Of a DNA stretch of 64,000 nucleotides, positions 38,629 to 49,655 are shown piece after piece. The stretch lies in assembly GCA_963743305.1 (NCBI GenBank), contig CAVUPH010000029.1:1-64000 (forward strand), given 5' to 3'. Origin of the DNA: an uncultured delta proteobacterium. GTDB taxonomy: Bacteria > Desulfobacterota > RBG-13-43-22. Under the pieces are notes generated by a model, which was not told where the DNA came from, did not search any database, and saw only the letters and a program-made list of their open reading frames with translations. How positions within the stretch are numbered: the stretch's first letter is position 1; every line of letters begins with the position of its first letter. Position numbers and translations under genes: made by a program.

Positions 38629-40446
38629 CTACTCCTTATCCCGGTACATGGACTCGATCAACTCCTGGTATTGGGCGTTAATGGCCTTGCGCTTGACTTT
38701 CATGGTGGGGGTCACTTCGCCGTCCTCGGTGTAGAGTTTCTTGTCCAGGATCCGGAATTGGCGAATATTCTCCACCCGAGCCACTTGTTTGTTCACCTGG
38801 TTGATCTCCTGCTGAATCAGTTCGATAATTTCGGGTGCCTTGGTCAGGGTGGAGAAGGTGGTGAACTGCACCTTCAGGTCCTGCGCGTATTTGACCACAT
38901 TTTCTTCGTCGATGACGATCAGGGCGGATAAAAATTTACGCCGGTCGCCGATGACCACGGCGTCGTTGATATAGGGAGAGAATTTAAGCAGGTTTTCGAT
39001 GTACTGGGGGGCGATATTCTTCCCGCCGGCGGTAATAATCAGGTCCTTTTTGCGGTCGGTGATCTTCAGGAATCCTTCGGCATCGATCTCCCCCACATCG
39101 CCGGTATGCATCCAGCCGTCCACGAGGGCTTCGCAGGTATTTTTTTCGTCCTTGAAATATCCCTTGAAGATGCCTTTGTGTTTGACCAGGATCTCTCCGT
39201 CCTCGGCGATGCGGACCTCGGTCTCCGGCAAGGCCCGTCCCACCGTCCCCAGCTTGAAGTGGCGCCCGTCGGACATGTGGGTGATGCCGGTGGTCTCGGT
39301 CATCCCGTAGCCTTCCCGGATCGGTATGCCGATGCTTTGAAAAAACTTGAGGATATTGTGGGAGATGGGCGCCGCCCCGGAAAAGCCAAGGCGCACCCGG
39401 TCAAAGCCCAGCCGTTTTTTCAACTTCCGGAAAACGGCGAAATGGGCCAGATGATAACCCCCGCTTAACCACCAGGGGATATCCTGGTGGTTTAATTTGC
39501 TTTCATTGTAACGGGTGCCGATTCTCAAAGCTGTGCCGAAGGCCAGTTGTTTCAGGCGGGTGGCATCCTTCATGCGCAGCACAATTCCGGAATAATATTT
39601 TTCCCAGATCCGGGGCACGGCATGGAAAATCGTCGGGGAGATATCCCGCATGTCGGCCATGACCGTATCGGTGTTTTCAGTAAAGTTGACCACATGGCCC
39701 ACAGTCACATGCATCATCAGGTCAAAAATCTGCTCATAGACATGGTTCAGGGGCAAAAACGAAATGCTTTCATCCCCCGGCAACGACTGAATAACCGCAT
39801 TGGCCTGCCGCCCGACCCAAATATAGCACTCATGGGTTATCATGGCCCCTTTGGGAGGCCCGGTGGTCCCGGAAGTGTAAATGATCCCGGCCACATCATC
39901 GGGTTGAGCCAGCGCCAGCAATTCCTCGAACAGCCCGGGACTTTCCCGATCCTGTTTTTTTCCCATTTCCAGCAAGGCGTTAAAGCCCAAAAACATGGGG
40001 TCTTGAAAATGCTTGAGGCCTTCCATTTCCCAGACCACTAACTTGCGCAACCGGGGAGTCCGGTCCCTGAAAACCAGGGCCTTATCCAACTGTTCTTCAT
40101 CCTCGCAGATATAGACCACCGAGTCGGAATGGCCGACCACGTACTCACACTCCGCGGCCGGGTTGGTGGTATACACCCCCACGAAAGTGGCGCCGCACGC
40201 CATGACCCCCATGGCCGAATACAACCACTCCGGCCGGTTTTCCCCGATGATGGCCACGTGGTCCCCCCGCCGGACCCCCAAAGCGTACAACCCCAAGGCC
40301 ACGAATTTCACCTGTTCCAGGTATTCAGCCCAGGAAATATCCCGCCACAACCCCAGGTGCTTTTCGCGAAGGGACACCCGCTGGGGCTCTTTTTGCGCCA
40401 TTTGAATTAAGGCCTTGGGTAGCGTATCGACTACCGAATTATTCAT
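38629..40446 (-). CDS. Long-chain acyl-CoA synthetase (AMP-binding)
   Basis: YTSGTTGPPKG, EGYGMTE, HTGDVG, DRKKDLIITAGGKNIAP, TPTMKVKR. Confidence 0.92.
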   Translation of the reverse strand: MNNSVVDTLPKALIQMAQKEPQRVSLREKHLGLWRDISWAEYLEQVKFVALGLYALGVRRGDHVAIIGENRPEWLYSAMGVMACGATFVGVYTTNPAAECEYVVGHSDSVVYICEDEEQLDKALVFRDRTPRLRKLVVWEMEGLKHFQDPMFLGFNALLEMGKKQDRESPGLFEELLALAQPDDVAGIIYTSGTTGPPKGAMITHECYIWVGRQANAVIQSLPGDESISFLPLNHVYEQIFDLMMHVTVGHVVNFTENTDTVMADMRDISPTIFHAVPRIWEKYYSGIVLRMKDATRLKQLAFGTALRIGTRYNESKLNHQDIPWWLSGGYHLAHFAVFRKLKKRLGFDRVRLGFSGAAPISHNILKFFQSIGIPIREGYGMTETTGITHMSDGRHFKLGTVGRALPETEVRIAEDGEILVKHKGIFKGYFKDEKNTCEALVDGWMHTGDVGEIDAEGFLKITDRKKDLIITAGGKNIAPQYIENLLKFSPYINDAVVIGDRRKFLSALIVIDEENVVKYAQDLKVQFTTFSTLTKAPEIIELIQQEINQVNKQVARVENIRQFRILDKKLYTEDGEVTPTMKVKRKAINAQYQELIESMYRDKE

Positions 40447-40537
40447 GCTGCCAACTCCATTTATAAAAAACGACTATCTTGCCATAACAATTAATAATTA
40501 ATTGATTATTAATCGGCTTTCCACGCCTGCCGGCTTT

Positions 40538-41320
40538 TTACCGAAACCGCACCTTCCTCCGGTAGCGTTTATATCCCTTGACCGATGCTTCCTTGGCAAT
40601 GCCCAGGTAGAATTCCTTGACGTCCTCGTCCTCCCGCAGCACCTCCGGCCGATCGGCCCGGACAATCCGCCCGTTTTCCATCAAAAAAGCAAAATGGGCG
40701 TAGCTCAGGGCGATATTCACGTTCTGTTCCACCAGAAGGATAGTGACCTTTTCCCTTTCATTGATGTCCCGGATGATGTTGAAGATCTCCCGGGTCAGCA
40801 GCGGCGACATCCCCAGGGAAGGTTCATCGAGCATCAGCAGCTTGGGTCGGCTCATCAGAGCCCGTCCGATGGCCAGCATCTGTTGCTCCCCCCCGCTCAA
40901 ATACCCGGCTTCCTGATTTTGTCTCTCCTTTAAGATGGGGAAATATTTCAGAATCCTTTCTATATCTTCCTGGATCCCTTTTTTGTCCCGGCGGACATAA
41001 GCGCCCATCCGGATATTTTCCATTACCGAAAGTTCCGGAAAAACCTCGCGGCCTTCCGGAACGTAACTGATGCCCGATTTGACTATTCGGTCCGTATCCA
41101 TCCGGTCGATTCGAGTGCCCAGAAATTCAATAGTTCCTTTTTCCGGCTGTTCCTTTTTCTGGTCATAGAGCAGACGCATGATCGTTTTGAGGGTAGTGGT
41201 CTTCCCGGCGCCGTTGGAGCCCAGCAGGGCCACGATCTGGCCTTCCTGCACCTCGAAAGAGATCCCATGCAGGGCCCGGATCAGATCGTACCAGGTTTCG
41301 ATATTGTTGACCTTCAGCAT
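40538..41320 (-). CDS. Liv-type ABC ATPase (LivF-like)
   Basis: GSNGAGKTT, VPEGRE, LSGGEQQM, LDEPS, VEQN. Confidence 0.92.
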   Translation of the reverse strand: MLKVNNIETWYDLIRALHGISFEVQEGQIVALLGSNGAGKTTTLKTIMRLLYDQKKEQPEKGTIEFLGTRIDRMDTDRIVKSGISYVPEGREVFPELSVMENIRMGAYVRRDKKGIQEDIERILKYFPILKERQNQEAGYLSGGEQQMLAIGRALMSRPKLLMLDEPSLGMSPLLTREIFNIIRDINEREKVTILLVEQNVNIALSYAHFAFLMENGRIVRADRPEVLREDEDVKEFYLGIAKEASVKGYKRYRRKVRFR

Positions 41321-42093
41321 CAGATCCCCTCTCCCAGATAGGCCTTGATCACTTCGGGATGGTTTTGTACTTCCACCGGGATTCCCTCGGTGATCTTCAC
41401 CCCGTGATTGATGGCCAGGATCCGGTCCGAGATGCCCATCACCATATTCATATCGTGCTCGATCAGCAATATCGTAACCTTATAATCCTCCCGAATATCC
41501 TTGACCCAGATGCTGAGGTCCTCCTTCTCTTCGGTGTTCATACCGGCCGAGGGCTCATCCAGGCAAAGGACCTTTGGCTCCAGGGCCAAGGCCCGCCCCA
41601 GTTCCACCAGCTTCCGCTTGCCGTAAGGCAGGTTGCCTACATACTGGTCCCGCACCGACTGCAAGTCCAAGAAATCGACGATACTTTCAACGAACTCCCG
41701 GTGTTTGATTTCCTCCCGGGCCGCCGGAGCGCTTTTCCCCCAAAGAAAAGCGCCGCTGAAAACCCCGGTTTTCATATGAATATGACGTCCCAGCATCAGA
41801 TTGTCCATGACCGTGGCCTTGCCGAAGAGTTCGATGTTCTGGAAGGTGCGGGCAATCCCCTTGCGGGCAATCCGGTCCGGGGTCAATCCAACCAAATTCT
41901 CCCCATCCAGGAGTACCTGCCCCTCGTTGGGTTTATAGATGCCGCTGATAAGGTTGAAGATGGTCGTTTTCCCGGAGCCGTTGGGACCGATGATGGAAAA
42001 AATGCTGTTCCTTTCCACTTGAAAGCTGACGTTATTGACCGCCGTCAGTCCGCCGAAACTGATGGTTAATCTATCAACGCTAAAATGATTCAT
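41320..42093 (-). CDS. Liv-type ABC ATPase (LivG-like)
   Basis: GPNGSGKTT, ARTFQN, LPYG, LDEPSAG, IEHDM, AYLG. Confidence 0.92.
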   Translation of the reverse strand: MNHFSVDRLTISFGGLTAVNNVSFQVERNSIFSIIGPNGSGKTTIFNLISGIYKPNEGQVLLDGENLVGLTPDRIARKGIARTFQNIELFGKATVMDNLMLGRHIHMKTGVFSGAFLWGKSAPAAREEIKHREFVESIVDFLDLQSVRDQYVGNLPYGKRKLVELGRALALEPKVLCLDEPSAGMNTEEKEDLSIWVKDIREDYKVTILLIEHDMNMVMGISDRILAINHGVKITEGIPVEVQNHPEVIKAYLGEGI

Positions 42094-42163
42094 AATCGAG
42101 TGACCGTTGGAACGGGAAGCACTCCTAAAGGAGGCTTCCCTCTTCCATCTTCCTTCTTCCCTC

Positions 42164-43357
42164 TTACTTGTTTTTCCATACAGCCAAATCGTTGGATTCC
42201 CAGCCCTGCAGGGTAATGTAAGAGGCATTGGGGCCGCATTTTTGAATCATCACGGCATCGGTGCCCTGGTGTTCCTTTTCGGTCCAAGTCACCTTGGGAC
42301 CGATCCCCTGAAAACCCTTCAGGGAATTTAAGGCCTTCAAGGTAGCCTCGGTGCTGAGGTTCTTGCCGACCTTTTTCAGGGCTTCCACCAGCGGTTCGGC
42401 AAACAAGATACCCGCATAATAAAAAGTCCCCCAGCGTTCTTCGGGGGTAAACTTTTTGGCCGCTTCCCGGTATTTAACCATCAAGGGGGTTTTGGAATCG
42501 GGGGTCTCCCCGAAAGCCCCGGTGATTACCCCTTCCCACAGCCCGCCGGTCAATTTAAACATCAAACCATAATCCGAGAGCGTGTTGGAAGAGACCCACT
42601 GAGGCTTGAAACCAACGGAAGCCGCGGTCTTCACAGTGATTACGGCGATCGTCGGGTTGACGTACATCATAACCACTTCGGCACCTGAATTCTTAAGCTT
42701 CAGGATCTGGGAGGACAGGTCTTTTTCCGTAGGCTCCACGGGTATCTCCGCCACCAGGTCCATTTTGTATTTGGCCAGTCTCCGTTTGCAGCCATCCAGC
42801 CCGTTCTTGCCGTAGGCATCGTGCTGGTAGAGGAAGCCGATCTTCTTCGTTTTGAGTTTCTCCACTACGTATTTGGTCAAAATGCTGGCTTCATCATCAA
42901 AAAGCGGGTAAACGGCAAACAGATAGGGATCATTGGGCTCCACGTATTCCTTGATAGCCGTGGCCGGACCGACCCAGATGATCTTATTCTGAGAGAGGTA
43001 ATCTTTGACCGCCAGACCGGGAGCGCCGCCGACCCCGCCGACGAAGGCAAAGACCCCTTGCCTTTCCACCAGCTCTTTGACCACCGTTTTGGTCTGGGCC
43101 GGGTTATACATGTCGTCCCGGACAAAATACTTGATCTTCCTTCCGTGGATGCCCCCTTCTTCATTGACCATGGTAAACAATAACCCGCTCCCCCGGGCCA
43201 CGGACCCCCAGGGGGCCGCCGGGCCGGTTTGAGGTCCCCATTGGCCGATCCGAATTTCTTTGTCGTCGAATCCGGGCGGATTAGCGAAACTTAAGGGCGC
43301 CAGGACCACCAGGACGGCCAGAGACAGCATTAACGCCAACAACATTTTCTTCATCAT
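42164..43357 (-). CDS. Liv-type ABC periplasmic substrate-binding protein
   Basis: Signal peptide, PQTGPAA, NEEGGIHGRKI, DD.YNP. Confidence 0.9.
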   Translation of the reverse strand: MMKKMLLALMLSLAVLVVLAPLSFANPPGFDDKEIRIGQWGPQTGPAAPWGSVARGSGLLFTMVNEEGGIHGRKIKYFVRDDMYNPAQTKTVVKELVERQGVFAFVGGVGGAPGLAVKDYLSQNKIIWVGPATAIKEYVEPNDPYLFAVYPLFDDEASILTKYVVEKLKTKKIGFLYQHDAYGKNGLDGCKRRLAKYKMDLVAEIPVEPTEKDLSSQILKLKNSGAEVVMMYVNPTIAVITVKTAASVGFKPQWVSSNTLSDYGLMFKLTGGLWEGVITGAFGETPDSKTPLMVKYREAAKKFTPEERWGTFYYAGILFAEPLVEALKKVGKNLSTEATLKALNSLKGFQGIGPKVTWTEKEHQGTDAVMIQKCGPNASYITLQGWESNDLAVWKNK

Positions 43358-43425
43358 CGTTTCCCTCCCTAAAAAGATAGTAAAAAAATTTTGCCTTTAG
43401 ACTAAACTCCCCTGCCCGGGACGAG

Positions 43426-43552
43426 CACCCCGAAGCATGAAAATAAGGGGCAGACATAAGCCTAAGTTTTTGACATTAATAATCAATAATCAATTGTTAA
43501 TTATTAATTATTGATGAATGCCCGAGTGGCGCCGGGTTCTATTTTCGTATTA
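43426..43552 (+). repeat. Second copy of the bracketed non-coding element
   Basis: CACCCCGAAGCATGAAAAT (43426-43444), AATTAAT-type hairpin, TTCTATTTTCGTATTA (43537-43552); inverted match to 16431-16500. Confidence 0.8.
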
Positions 43553-43625
43553 AAAGCCTGCCACGCCCTCGGCGCCAGAGGCCGCGAGGCCTCCTTCTCT
43601 AATCGTTGATCACCCCCCCCGAAAT

Positions 43626-44050
43626 TTACAATTTGTACCATCGTCCCTCCGCCTTCACAAAAGGAAAGTCGTAATTCACCAGGGACGTTTGTCCACTGTC
43701 CCGGTAGCGGATGGTCACATCCACCTCCACCCGGGCGAAGCCCTCCAGGCTCGGGTATTTTTCTTTTTCCGGGTTTTCCGGGGCGATGCGGATATTCAGG
43801 ATCTTAAAGGAGACGATACGTACCGGAGAAGATTGGGCTTCGCTCACATAGGCCTGAAAGTCGTTAGCCCGGCAATAGTCAGAGGCCGGATAGAGGCTGG
43901 CATAGACCCGCTGGAAATCCCCGGCCACCTCGGCCTCCAAATAATTTCTGGCGGCCTTCTCCACCTTCTGCCGCTCCTGGACGAGGGGCGCCGCTTCCCC
44001 GGTCCAAGCGGACCCCAGGCTAATCAAAAGTAGGATCAGCCCCAAATATA
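43626..44050 (-). CDS. Hypothetical exported protein, possibly NTF2-like; start uncertain
   Basis: Hydrophobic leader, AARNYLEA..GDF..VY, C-terminal FVKAEGRWYKL. The upstream part of the ORF is translated palindromic repeat. Confidence 0.55.
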
Positions 44051-44054
44051 TCAA

Positions 44055-44152
44055 CCCCCTCTCCCCCCCTGTGGGGCGAAGGAGCCCAAGGGAAAGGCCC
44101 AAGCCTTTTATCTTCCCCTCCCCGAGGCGGGAGGGGATTGAGGGGTGGGGGA
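44055..44152. repeat. REP-like CCCCTCCC..GGGAGGGG palindromes
   Basis: CCCCTCCCCGAGGCGGGAGGGG and CTCTCCCCCCCTGTGGGGCGAAGG. Confidence 0.55.
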
Positions 44153-44244
44153 ATAAGGAACTCTTGCTTTGCGGATGCCCGCTCCGAGTCTGGAGGTTTA
44201 ATACCAATGATCTGGAAACTTTGGGGCCCGATTTCATAAAAGTA

Positions 44245-45117
44245 CTAAACCTTCTTGACGTAATGCTTGCCGAATAACCCGCTGGGACGTACGCAGAGAA
44301 CCAGGACGATCACCACGAAAGCGACAATGGGCTTCCATTCCGGCCAGGCGTACCCGAAGAAATTTTCGATCAGGCCCAGAAGTTCCCCGCCGATGACGAT
44401 CCCCGGGATGCTCATCAGCCCCCCCAGCACGGCCGCGGCAAAGGCCCTCATAAAAGGCTCCATCATGTAGGCCGGATCCAGTGTGGCCCTTCCGGCAAAA
44501 AACATGGCCGCGGTGGCCCCGATGAAGGAACTGAAGCCCCAGGCCAGGGAGAAAACCCGCTCCACCCGGACCCCCATGATTTTAGCCGCGTGCTGGTTCT
44601 GCTGGGTAGCCCGCATGGCCACGCCCAATTTGGTATATTTAAAGAACAGGAAAAGGAAAATCATCAGCAGGGCCGCCGCGGCGAAGACGGCCATGGACCA
44701 ATCGTTGACAATCAATCCCTTGATCGGTTCGTGGGTATTCAGGGTGGAAAAGGGGAGCGTGAACTCCTTCTGCTCCGCACCCCATTTCCAACTGGCCAGC
44801 CCCATGAGCAGCATCTCCGCCCCCAGGGTGATGACGATCAGGCCCAGGAGGTTCGGATTCTTGGCCGGCCGGAGGAAAACAAATTCGATGGCTATGCCCA
44901 GGAGAACGGCGAAGACCATGGTCAGCAGGTAGGCCGCCCAAAAGGGATAGTGATAATAGGTCAGGATATGATAGGCCACGAAAGTGGACATCATGGCCAT
45001 CTCCCCTTGGGCAAAATTCACCACCTCGGAAGTTTTGTAGATGATCACCACCGCTATGCCGAACAGGCCGTAACAGGCCCCGATGGCCAACCCTTCGATT
45101 ATCAATTGTCCGATCAT
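44245..45117 (-). CDS. Liv-type ABC permease (LivH-like)
   Basis: VVNFAQGE, G.AMRAT.QN, AFAAAVLGG, RPSGLFG. Confidence 0.92.
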   Translation of the reverse strand: MIGQLIIEGLAIGACYGLFGIAVVIIYKTSEVVNFAQGEMAMMSTFVAYHILTYYHYPFWAAYLLTMVFAVLLGIAIEFVFLRPAKNPNLLGLIVITLGAEMLLMGLASWKWGAEQKEFTLPFSTLNTHEPIKGLIVNDWSMAVFAAAALLMIFLFLFFKYTKLGVAMRATQQNQHAAKIMGVRVERVFSLAWGFSSFIGATAAMFFAGRATLDPAYMMEPFMRAFAAAVLGGLMSIPGIVIGGELLGLIENFFGYAWPEWKPIVAFVVIVLVLCVRPSGLFGKHYVKKV

Positions 45118-45265
45118 GTTCGTTTATTCGTTTCTTTGGTTTGTTTTGTGATTTGGTTTGGTCTCTATTTTATTTTCTGGAGTCTCTTGACGGCTTCGAT
45201 AAGGGCCTTTTTAGGCCCGGTCCCGTGTTTTACGCCTGCGCTTTACGCTCAGCGCCTCGCGTTTT
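45118..45265. repeat. Intergenic nonamer-like (TTTGGTTTG/TTCGTTT) and heptamer repeat insert
   Basis: TTCGTTTATTCGTTTCTTTGGTTTGTTTTGTGATTTGGTTTGG..TTACGCCTGCGCTTTACGCTCAGCGCCTCGCG. Confidence 0.55.
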
Positions 45266-46336
45266 TTAAAACGGCCAGGTCTTCCAGTACTTCTTCATTC
45301 GGATCCAGATTCCGAATATGCCCAGGGGCTCAAAAATGATGATCCCCAGCATGATCAACCCCAGGACGATGCTGTTGAAGTTTTCCAGGCCGATTACGGT
45401 GAACCATTTCTTGGAAATGGAAACCAATAAATCGCCGATGATCGGTTTTTCCGCCATGTTCTTGAGGAGACTATACTGCAGATAGGTGATCAGGGCTGCG
45501 CCGGCGATGGAACCCATAATGGATCCCAACCCCCCCACCACCACCATGACCAGAAAAATAATGGACAGGATCATGGTAAAGGTAAAGGGATCGAAAAAGC
45601 CCAAGACAAAACCAAAGAGGCCTCCGGCAATCCCGGTGTAAAAAGCGCTGACCATGAAGGAAAGGGTTTTATAAAAGGTCAGGTTGATGCCGATGACCTC
45701 GGCGGCGATATCGCTGTCTCGAATGGCCACAAAAGATCGTCCCACCCGGGTTTTCAATATGTTTCGGGCGGCCACCACCATAAGAATGGCGATGATCAGG
45801 ATTAAATAGTACTTGCCCCGGTCGGTATCCAAAACCCAACTGAAGCCCCACTGGGGCAGGCCCAGATCCAGGGGAGGGGCATGGATGCCCATCCGTCCGC
45901 CGAAAACTTCCCAGCGGCCGATGACATGCATGATGGTGAGTCCAAAACCCATGGAAGCGATGGCCAGGTAAGGGCCCTCGAGACGCAGGGCCGGCAGGCC
46001 GAGGATAAAGCCGAAAAAGGCGGCCAGGAATCCGGCCAGGGGCAGGGCCAGGAAAAAGGGCAGCCCCAGCTTGGACATCAACAGGGCCGTGCCATAGGCG
46101 CCGATGGCAAAAAAACCGGCGTGGCCCAGGGAAATCTGTCCGGTATAGCCCATCAGAATATTAAGCCCCACGGCCATGATGGCATGGACCATGATCACGC
46201 TCAGAAGAAACATATAATACGAGGGGGCATAAAGGGGCAAGGTGAACAGGAAGGCCAACAGGGCCACCGTCCAGGACAGGACCACCCCGCTCTCAAAAAG
46301 TTGAATGTCTTCGTAATAATTTCGTTTTCGGTCCAT
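45266..46336 (-). CDS. Liv-type ABC permease (LivM-like)
   Basis: GYTGQISLGHAGFFAIGAY, LRLEGPYLAI, VGGLGS, FEPLG, WPF. Confidence 0.92.
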   Translation of the reverse strand: MDRKRNYYEDIQLFESGVVLSWTVALLAFLFTLPLYAPSYYMFLLSVIMVHAIMAVGLNILMGYTGQISLGHAGFFAIGAYGTALLMSKLGLPFFLALPLAGFLAAFFGFILGLPALRLEGPYLAIASMGFGLTIMHVIGRWEVFGGRMGIHAPPLDLGLPQWGFSWVLDTDRGKYYLILIIAILMVVAARNILKTRVGRSFVAIRDSDIAAEVIGINLTFYKTLSFMVSAFYTGIAGGLFGFVLGFFDPFTFTMILSIIFLVMVVVGGLGSIMGSIAGAALITYLQYSLLKNMAEKPIIGDLLVSISKKWFTVIGLENFNSIVLGLIMLGIIIFEPLGIFGIWIRMKKYWKTWPF

Positions 46337-46472
46337 AAATCAATCTCTTCGGGGTAAGCCGTGTTTGGTCTGGAATTTTTATCTCCTATCATCTTTCGAT
46401 CCTTTTGGGAAATAAAAAAAGGTTCGGAAAAAGCAACCGTTTCAGTTCTGGATAACGTTTTTGGAGGAGGGG

Positions 46473-46886
46473 CTAAGTAAGTAGGAGATTATGGAGGTGG
46501 GGATCGGGTTTTCTTTTGCGGCTGCCCAGGCGATCGACCACTTTTTCAAAATACACCTGGTCCTCTTCAAATTGGGGGGAGACCTTGCGCATCATGTTCA
46601 GCTTCATGATCATGAAATTGAGCCGCTTCATCTGCTTGTATTTCTCTTCCACATCTTCGATTCCCCGGAGCATTTCTTCCAGCCGAACGATGTCCTTTTT
46701 CAGTTCCAGTTCCGGGGGAAGACAGTCGGCATTCTTCAGGATTTTATAGGCCAACCGCAATTCTTCCGGGATCTGGCTGTCGTCCTCCAGTTGCAGGGGC
46801 CGGCCCTTACCGGGAAGATTGTCCAACTCCCCCTTGCGCAGGGCCTCCTGAATTTTCCGTTCGGCGATGAGGTGAGATAAAACCAT
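46473..46886 (-). CDS. DUF1992 / DNAJC28-conserved-domain protein
   Basis: IAERKIQEA..GELDNLPGKGRPL, ELRLAYKILKNA..LPPE. Confidence 0.85.
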   Translation of the reverse strand: MVLSHLIAERKIQEALRKGELDNLPGKGRPLQLEDDSQIPEELRLAYKILKNADCLPPELELKKDIVRLEEMLRGIEDVEEKYKQMKRLNFMIMKLNMMRKVSPQFEEDQVYFEKVVDRLGSRKRKPDPHLHNLLLT

Positions 46887-46984
46887 GGGTTATTTTTTGG
46901 GCACCCCTCCTGGGGAGGGCGGAGACGTTCCGTTCGCCAATGAGGGAAAAATAACAATAGTCGGCAATAAAATCAATACCCTTT

Positions 46985-49623
46985 TTAGGGGCGCTGATCC
47001 AAAACTTTACGAATAACCTGGGCCAGATCTTTTAAGGCCAGGGGTTTATAGATCAGTTCCCGGATGCCGATCGACTTGGCCTTTTCCTCGGTGATCGTTT
47101 CATTGAAGCCGGTGCACAAAATAATCGAAACGTCCGGTCTGATAGCTAAAATCGACTGAGACAATTTTTCACCCGTCAGGCCGGGCATCGTCATATCCGT
47201 GATGATGAGATCGAATTGGCTAGGGGTCTGCCGGAATGTGTCCAGGGCGGCCAGGCTGCTGGTTTCGGTCTTAACCGTATACCCCAAACGTTCCAGAATC
47301 AGTTTCCCCGACTCTACCAGGAATCGCTCGTCATCAACCAGCAGGACCCTTTCCCGCCCTCCGGGAATAGCGGCTGACTCCGCGGGCGTATTCACCTCCG
47401 CGTCCACAACCATCGGCAGAAGGATGATGAAGGTGGTCCCCCTCCCCGGTTGGCTTTCAACAGCGATTCGCCCGCCGAAACCTTTGATAATTCCGTGAAC
47501 CATAGACAGCCCTAAACCCGTCCCCATTCCTTTCTCCTTGGTGGTGAAATAGGGTTCAAAGATCCGGGCCGCGACCTCCGGACTCATCCCGAAGCCGGTA
47601 TCACTCACTTGTATTCGGATATAAGGGCCGGGGGACAGATCTCCCCTTTCATTCTCCGGGACGGCCGGCAGGTCCTGCACGGCTATCCCCAACCGGCCGC
47701 CGCTTTCCAGCATGGCATGGTAGGAATTGGTACAAAGATTCATGACTATTTGATGGATCTGGGTCGGATCTCCATATATCTTTCCTTCGCTGGCAACATC
47801 CAATTTGATCTCAATATTGGAAGGTAAGGTGGAGCGGATCAGATTCATCGCTTCTTTGACGATCAAACCAACCGGCACGACGCTTTTCTCCTGTTTTCCC
47901 TGGCGGGCGAAAGCCAGGATTTGCTGCACCATTCTTTTTGCCCGTTCCCCCCCCTGCAGCACCTGATCCAGGTTTTTTTTGGCCGGGTGCCCCTCCGGAA
48001 GGTCAAAAAGGGCGATTTCGGTGAAACCGATCATACCTGTTAGTATGTTGTTGAAATCATGGGCTATTCCACCGGCGAGGGTGCCAATGGCTTCCATCTT
48101 TTGGGCCTGAATCAAAAGGGCCTGCATCCGCTGCTGGTTTTTTTCGGTCTCGACCCGCTGGGACACATCCCTGATAATCTGAACCAGGCCGGCGAATTCC
48201 TTTTTCTCGTCCAGACGGGCCACAGACCAAATCTCCAAATGTCGGTTCAAGTCGGGATCAAAATGTTCTTCCACCATCTCCACTCCCGAATCGGAAACCG
48301 ATCCGGTCTTTCCCCGGTCGAAAAGGGAAATCCCCGGCCTCTGAAAGGAAAGGCAACTGGATTTCAATAGATCAAGAACCCGCGGCCCCAAAACTTCCCG
48401 GGCCGCCCGGTTGGTTCTGATGATGTTACAATCTCGATCGCGGAGAACGATGGCGTCTCGAATGGAATTCAAGGAATCCTCCCAGTCCTGGTGCGCCTCC
48501 TGGAGCCCTTGTTTCATGAGTTTCCAGGTTGAACACATAGGCGCAAAGAAAAGCGGCACTCAAGCTCAACAGGAAGGCGGCTGGTGGGAACCAAATGATG
48601 GACGCGGATCAGCAACAGGGAGATGAGGAGCACTACAAGGCCTAGGGCTAAAAGCCAGACCTGGATTCCCCGCATCGCTTCGAGCCTCGAAAAGAGCAGG
48701 AACCCCAGGATGGAAATGGCCAACAGCCATACCCAGCACAACCAGAGGGCTATGGGTCTAATCGAACTATGGTCCAGGAGATTATTCAGGATGTGGGCGT
48801 GGATTTCGACACCCGGCATCCGTCTGCCTTGCGCGGTAGAGGGAGTGGTAAAGGGTTCTTCAATCCCGGCGGCCGAAACGCCGATTAAGACAATTTTCCC
48901 CTGGAAAAAGGACGGTGGCCATTTGTTCTCCAACACCTCGGCCAGAGAGATTGAAGGGAATGTCCCTGCCGGACCGTAATAATTGATCAACATGGATTCC
49001 CGCTGGGAAAGGAAGGTCGATTCCGTCGATCCACCATCCGGGTCAGGCCCCTGCGCCCGGACCCCGTCGGGGAATTGAATCAACCGCTGGATGGCCGAGG
49101 CAAAAGAAGGGATGGATTTTCCCTGGTATTCGATCCGCTGAAAAACCCTTCTGACGATCCCGTCCACATCCAATTCAAGGTGGACATGGCCCAAGTGGGC
49201 CGGGGCCAGGGAGGGCATAGGGACGGTAACTCGGAGATGACTGTCGATATACATGGGAAGTACTAATCGATCTTTCTTTCGAACCGCCCTGATCAGTTCC
49301 GGATCATCCGCAGTGGGTTCCGAGAACATAAGGTCCATTCCGATCACCCGGGCTGGAGACAAATGGTCGAGCAGCCGGGCATAATATTCCCTGCGAATCG
49401 GCCAATTTCCCAACCGAGAGAGGGTGTTTTCATCCACCGTGATCAGAACGATATTGGGATTGAATGGGCGAGGCCCTCTCCATCGTTGGGAAAGGTCATA
49501 AAAAAAATGGTTCATCCCCCACAAAAATCCCAAAGTCTCGGCCAAACCGATGAAGGAAAAGGCCACGGCCAACACCAGAAAGTAACGGACCGCAATTCGC
49601 CGCTTTTTTGGTTTCAAGGGCAA
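46985..49623 (-). CDS. CHASE2-PAS-hybrid histidine kinase with receiver domain; frameshift(s) near 48550-48610
   Basis: VDENTL..LG.WP..R, D.DGIVR, MPGVEIHA, TM helices; AHDFNN, PYFTTK, GTGLGL, TDMTMP. Confidence 0.87.
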
Positions 49624-49655
49624 GGTGCAACTCCTGGGTACGGGAAGAGTCTCCC

